Assembly (NCBI RefSeq): GCF_003711565.1
Contig: NC_079534.1
Span: 9,589,991-9,653,990, forward strand
Source of the DNA: Takifugu flavidus
Lineage: Eukaryota
Length of the DNA stretch: 64,000 bases
Reading direction: 5' to 3'
Below, one piece after another: positions 48,101 to 58,252 of the stretch. Within the stretch, counting starts at the first letter, position 1. Every line of letters begins with the position of its first letter. The notes beneath the pieces are model-generated. The model was not told the origin of the DNA. It did not search any database and saw nothing but the letters and a program-made list of their open reading frames with translations. The position numbers were made by a program, and so were the translations under genes.

Positions 48101-49071
48101 CTGAAATGAGAAAGAACAAAAATGACATCCAGTCAGGATTTGAAAAAGCAAACACAAAGTCACATCTTATAATGCAAATAATTAACGCGTCATGACAAGC
48201 CCGCAACATGCTGAGTGTTCAGCAGGCTCATTTATTGACGGTTTTGCATGAAAAAAGACAAACTAAAGTTTGGGTACAACATGGCACTGTTGTCTGAAAG
48301 TGTTTCCTAGGTTTCAGTATTTCCTTTTCAATTAAATATCTGGATGTCACTGTGATCTTTTGGAATTATTGGTCTTGTCTATTGATCATATACTGTATAT
48401 CACCAGTAAGTTCCAGTAAATAAAGCCTGGTTGATCCATCAGTCTCAGGACTAAAAGTGAACTATTTAAATCCAATATTATTGACCTTAAAACATCAATG
48501 GTTTAAACAAGAAGGGGAAGGTATTTTAAAGCAATAGCAATAGTTCAAAGACCAAGTCGTTTGCTGTTAAGAGAAAATGGAAAATGGATCATGATTGGTT
48601 TGATGTCGAAGGTTCTGTGGTCAGATGAAAAAAAAAAATCCGGGTCATTTCCCCTTATAAGTGGTGTCGCGTCAAGAGGGAGTTTTTAGAATCAAGAACA
48701 CTGGCTACAGTCAAACCCGGAAGGTTGAGGTATTATGATGTGGGTGTTTTTTCAAAGAAAGTAAATAAAATTAGGAGAATAGCCTCTAAATTGTAAAAGT
48801 AAACCAGTGAAAAGCTATAAGGTGCATTTAGGTGGCAGAACATCCCCAAACAGCAGCAAACCCAGTCAGTCTCAACATTCGGTAATAGGAGTTGTACCTT
48901 ATCTATAACCTACAATCAAGTCTGTAAAGCAACAAATGTAGTTAGCCTACACTAAATCTGGCAGAAATAGGGTCAGGGTTACGTTTAGGCAAGCCAAAGG
49001 CTTGTATACTGTATGTCTACAGCACAAAAACCAACATTTTAGAACTTGGCATGTCACAATGAAGACTTTAC

Positions 49072-49262
49072 CTGCCGTGTTTTTTTGCTGTCAGCACAAT
49101 GTGCTGCAAGTGTCCATCTGGGCTGCACAGTCGACAGTGAACATGTCTTGCTCTGCGCTGTACTGGTGCCACCAACCGGGACCAGCTTACACCTTCTGTA
49201 TCAACATCTGTTGGCTCTTTTCGAGTCAGAATCAGGTAGCTGAACTTCTCCGTCTGGGGCAT
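49072..49262 (-). CDS. mettl17: mettl17 exon (..PQTEKFSYLILTRKEPTD...RLVAPVQRRARHVHCRLCSPDGHLQHIVLTAKKHG)
   Basis: Matches human KPKEEKFSMVILARGSPEE...[35 protein letters not shown]. Donor AG|GTAAAG at 49071; the 5' boundary is approximate. Confidence 0.75.
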
Positions 49263-49713
49263 ATTGTGCTGGAAAGGAAAGAGTATGTCAGGGCTTGAGC
49301 TGCTGAGGGTTTCACAGACAATGTTGCAGAGTTTGGTCTTACACCAGCCAGAGCAAGAGGATGGTGCATCTGCTGGAAGTTGCAGGGCATAACAGACCCC
49401 AGTACTAGTTTAGGGCACATTATTTCATGAGGACACTGTAAAAGTATAAACATGAGAAAATTACTAGAGCTTTGGCACACAGGACGAAAATCAGGAGGTT
49501 CCACCTACTGGAGCAAACACTGATGCTGGCCTGATGTCATAAACAATCTTGTCCTGTGTCTAAAGACAAACAACTGCTTTTAATAATTGCATCACATCAT
49601 TTACACACACATATTGAAAGTTAATAAAGTTGAATGAATGATTATGCTCTTTTCTAAATATTATATATTTTTAATATATTTTTGCTAGATCGCTCTTCAT
49701 CAATTGTTTATAC

Positions 49714-49782
49714 CTTTAATAAAGTTTCTCTGGCTTCCATTAGTATTTGATGGCCTTCTTTGGTGCCATTTTCCACCAACAC
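49714..49782 (-). CDS. mettl17: mettl17 exon ([23 protein letters not shown])
   Basis: Matches human [23 protein letters not shown]. Acceptor atttag, donor gtataa. Confidence 0.85.
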
Positions 49783-49857
49783 CTAAATTCAGAAAACATG
49801 AAATACTAATATAGAAGCTTCAGATAGTAGGAGAGATTACAAACCAATTAATATCTC

Positions 49858-49892
49858 CAAGCACACACACACACACACACCACACACACACA

Positions 49893-49950
<58 letters not shown>
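49858..49950. repeat. (CA)n microsatellite directly abutting the mettl17 exon-9 splice donor
   Basis: About 45 CA units with two interruptions. On the transcribed minus strand it reads (GU)n, beginning at intron position +1. Confidence 0.9.
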
Positions 49951-49952
<2 letters not shown>

Positions 49953-50058
49953 GGTATGAGTTTGTCTTCCTCCACAGAGTCAGCACAGCATCCTCACGAT
50001 CCTTCACACCAGGAAGTTCTGACAGGGTGAAGGCAGCAGTCACCAAGTCAAACTGCAC
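49951..50058 (-). CDS. mettl17: mettl17 exon 9 ([36 protein letters not shown])
   Basis: Matches human [36 protein letters not shown]. Acceptor cctgcag. The donor is the first GT of the (GT)n array. Confidence 0.85.
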
Positions 50059-50321
50059 CTGCAGGAACATAAAGTCAAATGTAAAAAAAAAAAAATCAGG
50101 TTGCTAAAATTAAGAATGGTTTGACATTTGGAGACCACAGACTGCTCTGTTTTTTTCGATTTGCCTGACCGATTCTTGTCTACTTTTGGGTTCTGCTGTT
50201 ATTTTTGGCATACTAGCTGATGCCCACCCAGTGTGGTTTCAAAGGCATGAGGTCCAAGATAAAGAAAAATGAAGAACAACATTTTTTTTTCTTATCAAAT
50301 TACATTAAAATCATGCTTTAC

Positions 50322-50392
50322 CTTAGGAGAGACAGGGAGGAACTGTCTGAAATAGACTTGCTTTATGCATGGCTCCCCTCTTTCTTCAATTC
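50322..50392 (-). CDS. mettl17: mettl17 exon 8 ([23 protein letters not shown])
   Basis: Matches human [23 protein letters not shown]. Acceptor aaaag, donor gtaaag. Confidence 0.85.
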
Positions 50393-50480
50393 CTTTTCAT
50401 CAAGACACAAAAGATCAGGAATGGACTTCAAAAAAGTTTTTGGAAGTATTAAGTTGTTTTAGAAATGCCTGTAACAGTAC

Positions 50481-50575
50481 CTTTCAGAAGTTTCTCTGCT
50501 AGGATGTTCATTGGCCCAGAGCTGTCCACACACACCATCTCCTTTAAAGACTCACTCCAGCATGAGTGTGCAGCC
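50481..50575 (-). CDS. mettl17: mettl17 exon 7 ([31 protein letters not shown])
   Basis: Matches human [32 protein letters not shown]. Acceptor tacag, donor gtactg. Confidence 0.87.
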
Positions 50576-50645
50576 CTGTAGGAGAGTAGTAGGGATAGTA
50601 CCAGCAAAGTCTACACACTAACCAGATGTATAATGTTTGACTCAC

Positions 50646-50719
50646 CAGACAACTGTTCCCAGACCAGAACCAAAATCTAGGAGAGTCTGGGGAGCAAACA
50701 AAGGGTCCCTTTTCTTTAT
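50646..50719 (-). CDS. mettl17: mettl17 exon 6 (IKKRDPLFAPQTLLDFGSGLGTVV)
   Basis: Matches human [25 protein letters not shown] (SAM-binding GxGxG motif). Acceptor cttag, donor gtgagt. Confidence 0.87.
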
Positions 50720-50851
50720 CTAAGATAGAAAAGGAAAAGGTTTGTTATAGTGAGTATATAAATTTAAATAAAGAAGCTCTTAGACTCTTCAAATGAGGTG
50801 CTGTTGTGTGAGTGAAACTACGAATATTAATGATTTTTTTGTTGCAGGCAC

Positions 50852-50933
50852 CTCATTTACAGCTCTCCTAACTGCTGCGTAACAACCAGCAAGCCGAGCT
50901 GCCATGTACACCAGACCCAGCTCTTCATCATAC
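50852..50933 (-). CDS. mettl17: mettl17 exon 5 ([27 protein letters not shown])
   Basis: Matches human [27 protein letters not shown]. Acceptor gtatcag, donor gtgcct. Confidence 0.87.
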
Positions 50934-51448
50934 CTGATACACAGAGAGCACAAAATAATCAGTATCTTATAATGAAGCAGACCCCCCATTTTACATCCCA
51001 AGCTGAACATTATGATGAATCCATTACCATGAAAAATTCCATTAATGTGAACAGTTGAGAAATTTGAAGATAAAATAATCTCCAAAAAGCATTAAGTTAA
51101 ACACAAAAAGGAGAAAGCAGCCCCCTGCCAAGAAAATGGGAACCTCCTGAGATTTGGGCTCTCTAATAACTTTGACCAAGTCATCATACCTTAGTTGGCC
51201 TGTTATTCTGTGTAAGTTATAAAGAGAATGTGTCATCTGTAACTTTATGTCTTTTGGAGAACATTTTAAGTGCTCAAATTTTTGCATGGCAGTGTAACAG
51301 ATGCTAATGGTAACAAATGATGTGCAACTAAAGAAATGGTTGGGAGATGTGTTAACTGGGCATAAACAGCGTTTATTTAAAAAAATAAAATAAAATAACA
51401 GGCTTGTATTCCTGATATATACTGTGACATGGGAGATAAAAGTCATAC

Positions 51449-51536
51449 TTCAGGGGAGTCCAACGATATGTGGTTCTTCTTAGCTCAAACAACACTTTTT
51501 TCCTGATTTGCTCTTCAAGCAATTGTTCATCTAAAC
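51449..51536 (-). CDS. mettl17: mettl17 exon 4 (LDEQLLEEQIRKKVLFELRRTTYRWTPL)
   Basis: Matches human [26 protein letters not shown]. Acceptor ttttgcag, donor gtatga. Confidence 0.85.
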
Positions 51537-51625
51537 CTGCAAAAATAATAAACAAGCTCTATAATCGCAGGTATATCATGTAATTTTACAGCTGCTGTTA
51601 CTTTTTGACTTGTAAATCCACTCAC

Positions 51626-51775
51626 CATATCCCTTTTTAATTGCTCTCTCCCTCAGCTCTTTCTCTAAGCTCATAGCTTTTTTCTGCAAGGTCACATTCT
51701 CAAATGCTCGCTTTCTGCTCCAGAGGAAGTTTTTGAGGAGATTGGCACGGTCAGTTAGTCGAGCCACCTGAGCTT
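51626..51775 (-). CDS. mettl17: mettl17 exon 3 (AQVARLTDRANLLKNFLWSRKRAFENVTLQKKAMSLEKELRERAIKKGY)
   Basis: Matches human [31 protein letters not shown]. Acceptor tcttttag, donor gtgagt. Confidence 0.82.
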
Positions 51776-51852
51776 CTAAAAGATTGAAAATATACTGCAT
51801 TAACAAAATGTCAGGACCAGCAAAAGCTGCATTAGAATTCAAAATGACTTAC

Positions 51853-51988
51853 TGTGAAGAATTTGGCATGCGTGTGTCTGTAGCGTTTCAGGAAGACGCA
51901 AGGTTTTCAACTTAGACACACCTGGGTGCTTCCGGTGCACTTCTCCTTTTAGGAAATCTATATGAGGCTGTGCAGCTGTACTGATTCC
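51853..51988 (-). CDS. mettl17: mettl17 exon 2 (GISTAAQPHIDFLKGEVHRKHPGVSKLKTLRLPETLQTHACQILH)
   Basis: Matches human [42 protein letters not shown]. Acceptor ttaattaatag, donor GTAAGT. Confidence 0.82.
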
Positions 51989-52397
51989 CTATTAATTAAA
52001 AAACATGTAACGACTTTACGGTCTATTTTACCCCAATTAGACAAACAATTCTAGAAAATATACTGTATATAAATCACTATTATACGAATATTGCATATAT
52101 TGAAGAGACTGCATTGAATTTCTGCTCAATTTAGCACTCCATTTGCAGTCAACAGTTTTTATTCTAAGACATTTAAGAAAATTTAAGTTTTTAAAAAAAT
52201 TATATAGATATACTCCAATAACATGAGCATTTTTACTTTTTACTACGAGTAGAAAAAAATACAATGCAATCAAGAGCAACTAATACTAATTCTGAAAATT
52301 GCAATTAAAGCAAAATCTGTATTTTATTTTCCATTTCTCAGCTGTGGAAATGTGTTTTCCACATTTTCGACCTATTTAGCAAAGAAATTACACTCAC

Positions 52398-52466
52398 TTT
52401 ACATGTCGTCCTCACAACAGCAGCCTTACGACAAACGACACTGGCGACATAACTCACTGCAGCCAT
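52398..52466 (-). CDS. mettl17: mettl17 exon 1 coding part (MAAVSYVASVVCRKAAVVRTTCK; basic and amphipathic, resembling a mitochondrial presequence)
   Basis: ATG at 52466-52464, donor AAA|GTGAGT at 52397. Human begins MAAALKCLLTLGRW. Confidence 0.75.
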
Positions 52467-52974
52467 GTCTTTGGCGTATGTGCTGAGGCTTATTTTCTTT
52501 AATTTTAGGTTTTACTAATACCCACTCCTCGGCGACAATAGCGTAAGCATTTTCGTACCCTTAGTCCTTCAACGGAAAAAAATCCGATCATCACCTAATG
52601 AGGAACCATCGGTCCCGAAGTTTTGTTCCACCTTGTTAGTACATACGCCAGGGCATTCACTTTGCTAATAATGCAGGGGCACGGTCTTTTTGGTCTAATT
52701 CATTATTTTCCCGTGAATTGCTTTCGCCCAGAAATAAAATGCAAATATATAGGGTGCCGAGAGCCAGTTGCAATTTCATTAACTTTGCGCTTGTTTAAAG
52801 AAGTAGCCAATGTATGTGGCAGTGTGAGACATCTTAATTCTTAAAATGATCTTTAGCAGAGCAGAGCGGGTGACGGCGCGGCCAAACTTTTGAGTCCTTT
52901 GTTGACGTCTCAGTGCACGTTAAAGTGCTTTAAGATAACCCAGCTGAATGAGGTTTTATACCTCGTTAAAAATC
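52467..52974. promoter_or_regulatory. Shared head-to-head (bidirectional) promoter region of mettl17 (-) and parp2 (+)
   Basis: Only ~508 bp separate the two start codons. Contains an ATGCAAAT octamer immediately followed by ATATATAG (52739-52754) and CpG clusters at 52870-52890. Confidence 0.6.
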
Positions 52975-53041
52975 ATGAGGCGCCAAAGAAGCGCAAGAAA
53001 TAAAAATCAAGCTGTCGAAGAAAGTCCGAGTTCCGACACAG
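52975..53041 (+). CDS. parp2: parp2 exon 1 coding part (MRRQRSARNKNQAVEESPSSDT; basic N-terminus)
   Basis: ATG at 52975, donor ACAG|GTCAGT at 53042, phase 1. Human PARP2 begins with a similarly basic MAARRRRSTGGGRARALNESK. Confidence 0.75.
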
Positions 53042-53609
53042 GTCAGTGCCTAGTCTTGTACTGTCAGTTCGCTTGCTAACACAGTTAGCTGCTGTAACTG
53101 TCACTGTTAAAACATGTTGTGGTATCGAAGTGGAAACTCGAGCTCGTGTATTTAAGGGTTATCTCATGTTGAGGCTTGTAGATATTATCAAAACTATTTG
53201 AAAGTATTAAAAGAAAGACTTCGTTGTCAAAGAGAGCCACCTCGATATGTTAGCTAATTTACACCTTTCTTATTATCCCTCTCCTGTCCCGTACAAAACA
53301 CTGTTCAGAAATAGATTATTAATATTGTTGTTAATATATTATTAATATTATTATTGTTGTAAGTCCTTATTGTTATATTAGTGATCCTTTAAAAAACAAG
53401 CACGATAATCTAGCAGATCTTATTTTTTGTAAGAAATTTGCATAATTTAGGCAATTTTTTACATTTATTTAATTTTCATTTAGTTCAAAAACCTTTTAAT
53501 TTTAACTAGCAAAATATTCTTTTCTTACTATATTTTCAAATTGCTACAGATTGTTTTGAATTGTTACAGTGTCATAGTAGTGTACAGTATTTCTCTATGT
53601 GTGAATCAG

Positions 53610-53816
53610 TGTGGCAGTGGCAGGGAGACGAAGGACAGTGGGAACCATACTCGCCCTCTGTCTGCACCTTACTGAACTCAGCAGTTGCGTCTGGGAACTC
53701 TGTCCATCTCTCTTTGGACTCTGGGCAATCCTATGAAGTTGACCTGAAGAAAATGCTTCAGATTAACCCTGTGACCAAGTACAAGAGGAAGATTCGTTGT
53801 CAGACAGTAAAACCAG
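53610..53816 (+). CDS. parp2: parp2 exon 2 encoding a WWE-like domain (VWQWQGDEGQWEPYSPSVCTLLNSAVASGNSVHLSLDSGQSYEVDLKKMLQINPVTKYKRKIRCQTVKP)
   Basis: Acceptor gtgaatcag at 53609, donor CCAG|GTACAT at 53817. Phase 1 in and phase 1 out, in frame with exons 1 and 3. The W.W..(D/E).G.W..Y...........G...(V/I)....G..Y.(V/I)D...M.Q.N..T...R.(I/V)RR pattern resembles the RNF146 and PARP11-14 WWE domains. Confidence 0.65.
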
Positions 53817-54044
53817 GTACATAAATTCCAGTAATGGTAATGCATTATATGGACCCAACTAAAGACTTGTGTTTTTTTTAAAATAGAAAAAGAAATCAGT
53901 CTTTACTACAATGTGGTTTGTGTAACATAAAAAAATACAACATCTAATAGCAAAACCAATTACATAGTTTAAAGCTATACAAATATTGGGATACTTAATA
54001 TGATAGACTGACATTAAATTGATGACAAAGTCTATCTCTTACAG

Positions 54045-54206
54045 AAACCATGGCCAATGCTATTGAGGAAAGCCAACAGAGCAGTACTCGAGTTCAAATT
54101 AAAGAGGAAGAGGAGGAAGAAGATACAAACAAGCAGCCTGCTACTAAGAGGATGAGAGGACAAACTAACTATGAAGGAAGTCCCAAAGAGAATCCAAAAA
54201 TTGAAG
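54045..54206 (+). CDS. parp2: parp2 exon 3 (ETMANAIEESQQSSTRVQIKEEEEEEDTNKQPATKRMRGQTNYEGSPKENPKIE; acidic/basic linker)
   Basis: Acceptor tcttacag, donor gtaact; phase 1 to 1. Confidence 0.75.
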
Positions 54207-54382
54207 GTAACTTGGATTTATTGGCCACTTTTGTTGTCTTTGTAATGCATACAACCAGTGTGAAATGGGATGACAAATGCAGTTGCTCAGCCAAATGCCT
54301 GTTTATGTAGGTTTTTAACATATTACTTTATATGAACTTGGTGTTATCTCTCAATAAAAGTTTGTATTTGCATGTTGAAAAG

Positions 54383-54453
54383 AGGTGGTAAAGATGGTGG
54401 TCCTGAAAGGAAAAGCTCCAGTGGACTCTGAGTGTAAAGCAAAGCTCAGAAAG
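54383..54453 (+). CDS. parp2: parp2 exon 4 (EVVKMVVLKGKAPVDSECKAKLRK)
   Basis: Matches human SESVKALLLKGKAPVDPECTAKVGK (WGR region). Confidence 0.88.
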
Positions 54454-54641
54454 GTACAAGATTTCATATACGGTACATCCTTAAAAGACTTTAAAATATT
54501 GATTTAGAGTTATCAAAATACTCTGTAAACTGGGCTTTATTTTAAAAGCTGTTTTGAGTCACAAAGAGTTTTGAATTATATCAATAGACTTTTTATAATT
54601 AATCAAATATTACATTGCTAACTGTTAATTTCTTCTCTCAG

Positions 54642-54692
54642 GCTCATGTTTACACTGAAGGAAATAATGTTTATGATGTCATGTTAAATCAG
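54642..54692 (+). CDS. parp2: parp2 exon 5 (AHVYTEGNNVYDVMLNQ)
   Basis: Matches human AHVYCEGNDVYDVMLNQ. Confidence 0.92.
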
Positions 54693-54780
54693 GTACACTT
54701 TTAATTTATCTGGATGATCTAAAATGAATTTACAAAGATCATTCAGCTGAATTTGATTCCCATTCTGATTGATTTTCTAG

Positions 54781-54877
54781 ACAAATCTTCAGTTTAATAA
54801 TAACAAATACTACCTGATGCAGCTGTTGGAGGATGATAAATCCAAATTTTACAGTGTGTGGTTTAGGTGGGGAAGAG
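54781..54877 (+). CDS. parp2: parp2 exon 6 (TNLQFNNNKYYLMQLLEDDKSKFYSVWFRWGR)
   Basis: Matches human TNLQFNNNKYYLIQLLEDDAQRNFSVWMRWGR (WGR domain). Confidence 0.92.
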
Positions 54878-54962
54878 GTGAGTGTATGACCATTCCTTCC
54901 TATGTATCTTTTAGATAAACTGAATTAATGTTGGTTTGTTTGTTTCTCTGGTTCTTGTTCAG

Positions 54963-55038
54963 TGGGAAAAGTGGGTCAAAACAATCTGATCGAATGTGGT
55001 GCAGACCTGAACCAAGCCAAAGATATCTTCAAGAAGAA
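54963..55038 (+). CDS. parp2: parp2 exon 7 (VGKVGQNNLIECGADLNQAKDIFKK)
   Basis: Matches human VGKMGQHSLVACSGNLNKAKEIFQKK. Confidence 0.9.
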
Positions 55039-55115
55039 GTAAAATGATGCAAATGAAAATGATTTTTTTTAATCAAACTAGAATAAGTTGGATATGGTTC
55101 CTTTGTTTTCCACAG

Positions 55116-55218
55116 GTTCCTTGACAAGACTAAAAATGAGTGGGAGGACAGAGAAAACTTTATGAAAGTAGCAGGAAAATATGACATTGTGCTTATGGAC
55201 TACAGCGCAGATGAAAAG
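55116..55218 (+). CDS. parp2: parp2 exon 8 (FLDKTKNEWEDRENFMKVAGKYDIVLMDYSADEK)
   Basis: Matches human FLDKTKNNWEDREKFEKVPGKYDMLQMDYATN. Confidence 0.9.
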
Positions 55219-55306
55219 GTAAAAAATCAAAGGTAATAAATCCTTAATTTGTTCACTTCTTCATAAGGTTTTGTTCATTCTGCATGAACATTTTAACCCA
55301 TTTTAG

Positions 55307-55454
55307 GAGAAGAAAAACGCCATGGTAGATACCAAAAAACAGGCCTCCATGCTGGATGTGAAAATCCAGGAACTATTGGAGCTAATCTGTGATCTTAAAG
55401 CCATGGAGGAATGTGTGCTGGAGATGAAGTTTGATACCCAAAAAGCTCCACTTG
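55307..55454 (+). CDS. parp2: parp2 exon 9 (EKKNAMVDTKKQASMLDVKIQELLELICDLKAMEECVLEMKFDTQKAPL)
   Basis: Matches human LDLRVQELIKLICNVQAMEEMMMEMKYNTKKAPLG (helical domain). Confidence 0.9.
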
Positions 55455-55535
55455 GTCAGTGCGACATAGCAGAAAGGTATTAATGTGAATGAAAGCTTTT
55501 GCTTAACATGTTCGCGGTCAAAATTTGTCCTGCAG

Positions 55536-55674
55536 GTAAATTGACCTCAGAACAGATCCGTGCAGGCTATGTGGCTCTAAGGAAAATTGAGGACTGTTTG
55601 AAAAAGAAGAGCAGCCGCAATGAGCTGTTGGAAGCATGCAACCAGTTCTACACTCGCATCCCTCACAACTTTGG
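55536..55674 (+). CDS. parp2: parp2 exon 10 (GKLTSEQIRAGYVALRKIEDCLKKKSSRNELLEACNQFYTRIPHNF)
   Basis: Matches human GKLTVAQIKAGYQSLKKIEDCIRAGQHGRALMEACNEFYTRIPHDFG. Confidence 0.92.
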
Positions 55675-55745
55675 GTAGGGACCATGCACTAATGTCTCAA
55701 TGATTGGATAAGTATTAGCTGTAAAATAAATCTGCTTTTCTCCAG

Positions 55746-55809
55746 GTTGAAAACTCCTCCAATCATTCATACAGAACAAGAGCTAAAGGAAAAGATTGCA
55801 CTTTTAGAG
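55746..55809 (+). CDS. parp2: parp2 exon 11 (LKTPPIIHTEQELKEKIALLE)
   Basis: Matches human LRTPPLIRTQKELSEKIQLLE. Confidence 0.9.
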
Positions 55810-56128
55810 GTAAACAGGTCATCAAATGTAGACAGGGCACCAGAAGGTGGGTGCTGGGGGGGGGTTTGCAGGAGATGGTGCTGTTTATTACACTGCTTGT
55901 ACCAAATTTCATCTATTTAGTCTTTTCCAACTCCTTTACTTATTCTCTGTACCAGCAAAGTTTCAGAAACTGTAATGTTAAAGAAATAATCTCAACAAAT
56001 ATGTTGAGACCTTCACCCCTCCAGTGACAATAGGGCTGTGTACAATGCACTTATCAATCACACAGTTAATGTCTCCTGTAAAATCTCTGGTTGGTGCTCT
56101 CATTTATTTATTTCTGTCTTTTTTGAAG

Positions 56129-56263
56129 GCACTGAGTGATATTCAGATTGCTGTGAAAATGGTTAAATCTAATGAAGACGGTGATGAAAATCCACTAGAC
56201 AGGCAGTATCGCTCCCTCCATTGCAGCTTGCAGCCTCTGGACTCCAGCTCCCATGAGTACAGG
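56129..56263 (+). CDS. parp2: parp2 exon 12 (ALSDIQIAVKMVKSNEDGDENPLDRQYRSLHCSLQPLDSSSHEYR)
   Basis: Matches human ALGDIEIAIKLVKTELQSPEHPLDQHYRNLHCALRPLDHESYEFK. Confidence 0.92.
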
Positions 56264-56394
56264 GTCTGTAGTAACCACTCACTGTTCTAACAATGAAAAG
56301 ACACAAAGTTATCTCATCTTGTCTTCTTAACTGCTTTACTTCTTTCGGGGTAATGGGGGAGCGTACACAATGGCTTCACAATGGGTAAAGGCAG

Positions 56395-56590
56395 GTCCAC
56401 GCCTGGATAAGTCGGCAGGGCCCTATGTGAACATTTGTGGCTTAGGTACCTTGCTCAAGAGTACCTTGTCGGTGCTCTGAAGTTGTTCTGGCACCTTCCC
56501 CTACTACCAGAACACCTTGCATGTTTTGTCTGTACTGGGGCTTGAACCAGGAACCCTCTACATCTCAGCCTAGTTCCTAACTGAGCAACC
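56395..56590 (+). repeat. tRNA-derived SINE copy (family A, copy 3) in a parp2 intron
   Basis: cttaggtaccttgctcaagagtaccttgtcggtgctctgaagttgttctggcacc...ctaccagaacacc...gaaccctctacatctcagcc...ctgagcaaccactgctccac. Confidence 0.55.
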
Positions 56591-57978
56591 ACTGCTCCAC
56601 ACAAGGTTATGGATATCAAATATATTTATCTGGCTTTCTGTGTGACGTGTATGGTATGGACCCAAGTGCAGTACAAAACAGGCAATGAACTGATGATCAG
56701 TTAATAGGTGTATTAACTGAAATCTGGCACACAAAATTAGTTTGAGGGTGGGGCAGTGGACTTGGTCGAGGCAGGCAAAAGTTCAGTAACCGGGAGGCAG
56801 GCAGAATCAGGCAAACAGTCCAGAGGGAGACTGGCTGAGCTCGTGGTCAAAACAGAAGACAGAGGGAATTTACCGGGGGTCAGGCAGAACAGGCAGGTCG
56901 TACACAGGCAGGGTCGATACCGGGAAGACAGGCAGGTAAATGCTGGAAAGTCTTGCATTGCAGAGAACAATCTGGCACCGAGTGAGTGTGCGGCTGGAGA
57001 ATATATACTGGTAGGTGAGCTGATTGATGAGTGAGAGCAGGTGTGTGATCAGTGACTGAGAGTGGGTGTGGTGATCAGAGGGTGTGGTGTGAGCAGGGCA
57101 GTGGAAAAGTACTGAGTCCATGGGCTGGAGCAGAGTGTGACATTCTGGGGGTCCTTTCAGATATAAAGAAAAGACAATCATTGGGGCTCTTTTTTTTTTT
57201 AAAACCTAGTCATGATATGCATTCCCTGTTCAGTATTTACACAATAACAGCATTGTGTGTGTGTAATTCAAATTTATGAAAAACTATACCTGTATTTACC
57301 TGACTCAGGAATAATGACCTATGCTTTGGCTGAAGTGAAGCTGTCACTGTTTCCACTTGCTATGTAGCTCTTTAATATACTAAGAGCAGTAGATCAAATG
57401 TTATTGAGTATTCACTGAATAAACCATTATGCAATAATAGATTTGAACATGCATTTCAGTAAAGAAAAATTCCTGTCTCTGGCCATTCTTTTTACATAAG
57501 ATTGATGTAAATTTAAATGGACATCTTTCACTTATAAAAATGATGTGGGGAAAAAAGGCCAGCTGTTTTTTATTTTTTTGTTTTTTTTTAACATTTCCCA
57601 AAATGCATTAAGAACACATTAGGGGAATTTCCCATTTTGCTTCAGCACTAACTGCGTATGTTATATCAAGGTGAAATCTGTTCCTAAAAGGGTTGTTTAT
57701 GTAGCGTGAACATGTATTTTTAGCTATGTTTTGCCACCCACCCCCTCAGCATTTTTCAGACTATAGCTCAACAAATACTAGTATGTGAAGACACTAGTAG
57801 TACCGGTAATGCAAAGAGCGAAGCTGACAGCTTTAAAAATCAATCACCCAGAAATACTCCAACCGCTGTGGTGACCAGAGAGATGAACTTGAAACATCAA
57901 TTGCACGTTTTGGAATGTTGTTGTGCTTTAAAGTCCATTCTACTGTGTAATGCGGTTGCTCTGTTGCTCTGTGTGAAG

Positions 57979-58106
57979 GTAATTGAAAAGTATCTCCAGT
58001 CTACTCATGCTCCCACCCATTCAGACTACACCATGACCGTCATTGACATTTTCACCGTTGACAGAGAAGGAGAGAGTAACAATTTCCTGTCACACTTTCA
58101 CAACAG
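57979..58106 (+). CDS. parp2: parp2 exon 13 (VIEKYLQSTHAPTHSDYTMTVIDIFTVDREGESNNFLSHFHN)
   Basis: Matches human VISQYLQSTHAPTHSDYTMTLLDLFEVEKDGEKEAFREDLHN (catalytic domain). Confidence 0.93.
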
Positions 58107-58252
58107 GTAATACACGGATAGCCAAAATTAGTCCAGCTTATTATCACTCATGTTCAAATGTTGTGCTGTTGCGAAATGTGCTTTGCAGTCAGTGGTCCAT
58201 AAATAAAAAGATTGTGTCCCCTCCCTCTTATTATCTTTATCTGTCTAACAAG

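Noticed and set aside
52500-52870. Looked for an RNase P RNA (RPPH1) gene in the parp2 upstream region, because human PARP2 shares a bidirectional promoter with RPPH1 and an octamer+TATA pair is present here
   Set aside because: The interval is AT-rich. It lacks the GC-rich conserved RNase P RNA helices, including the GNAANNUC-type conserved regions, and has no PSE-like element at the correct spacing. The partner gene here is mettl17.
56730-57180. GC-rich block with caggcagg/gtgtggtg subrepeats in a parp2 intron
   Set aside because: Likely another interspersed repeat, but it has no recognisable ends or ORF, so it is not reported as a feature.
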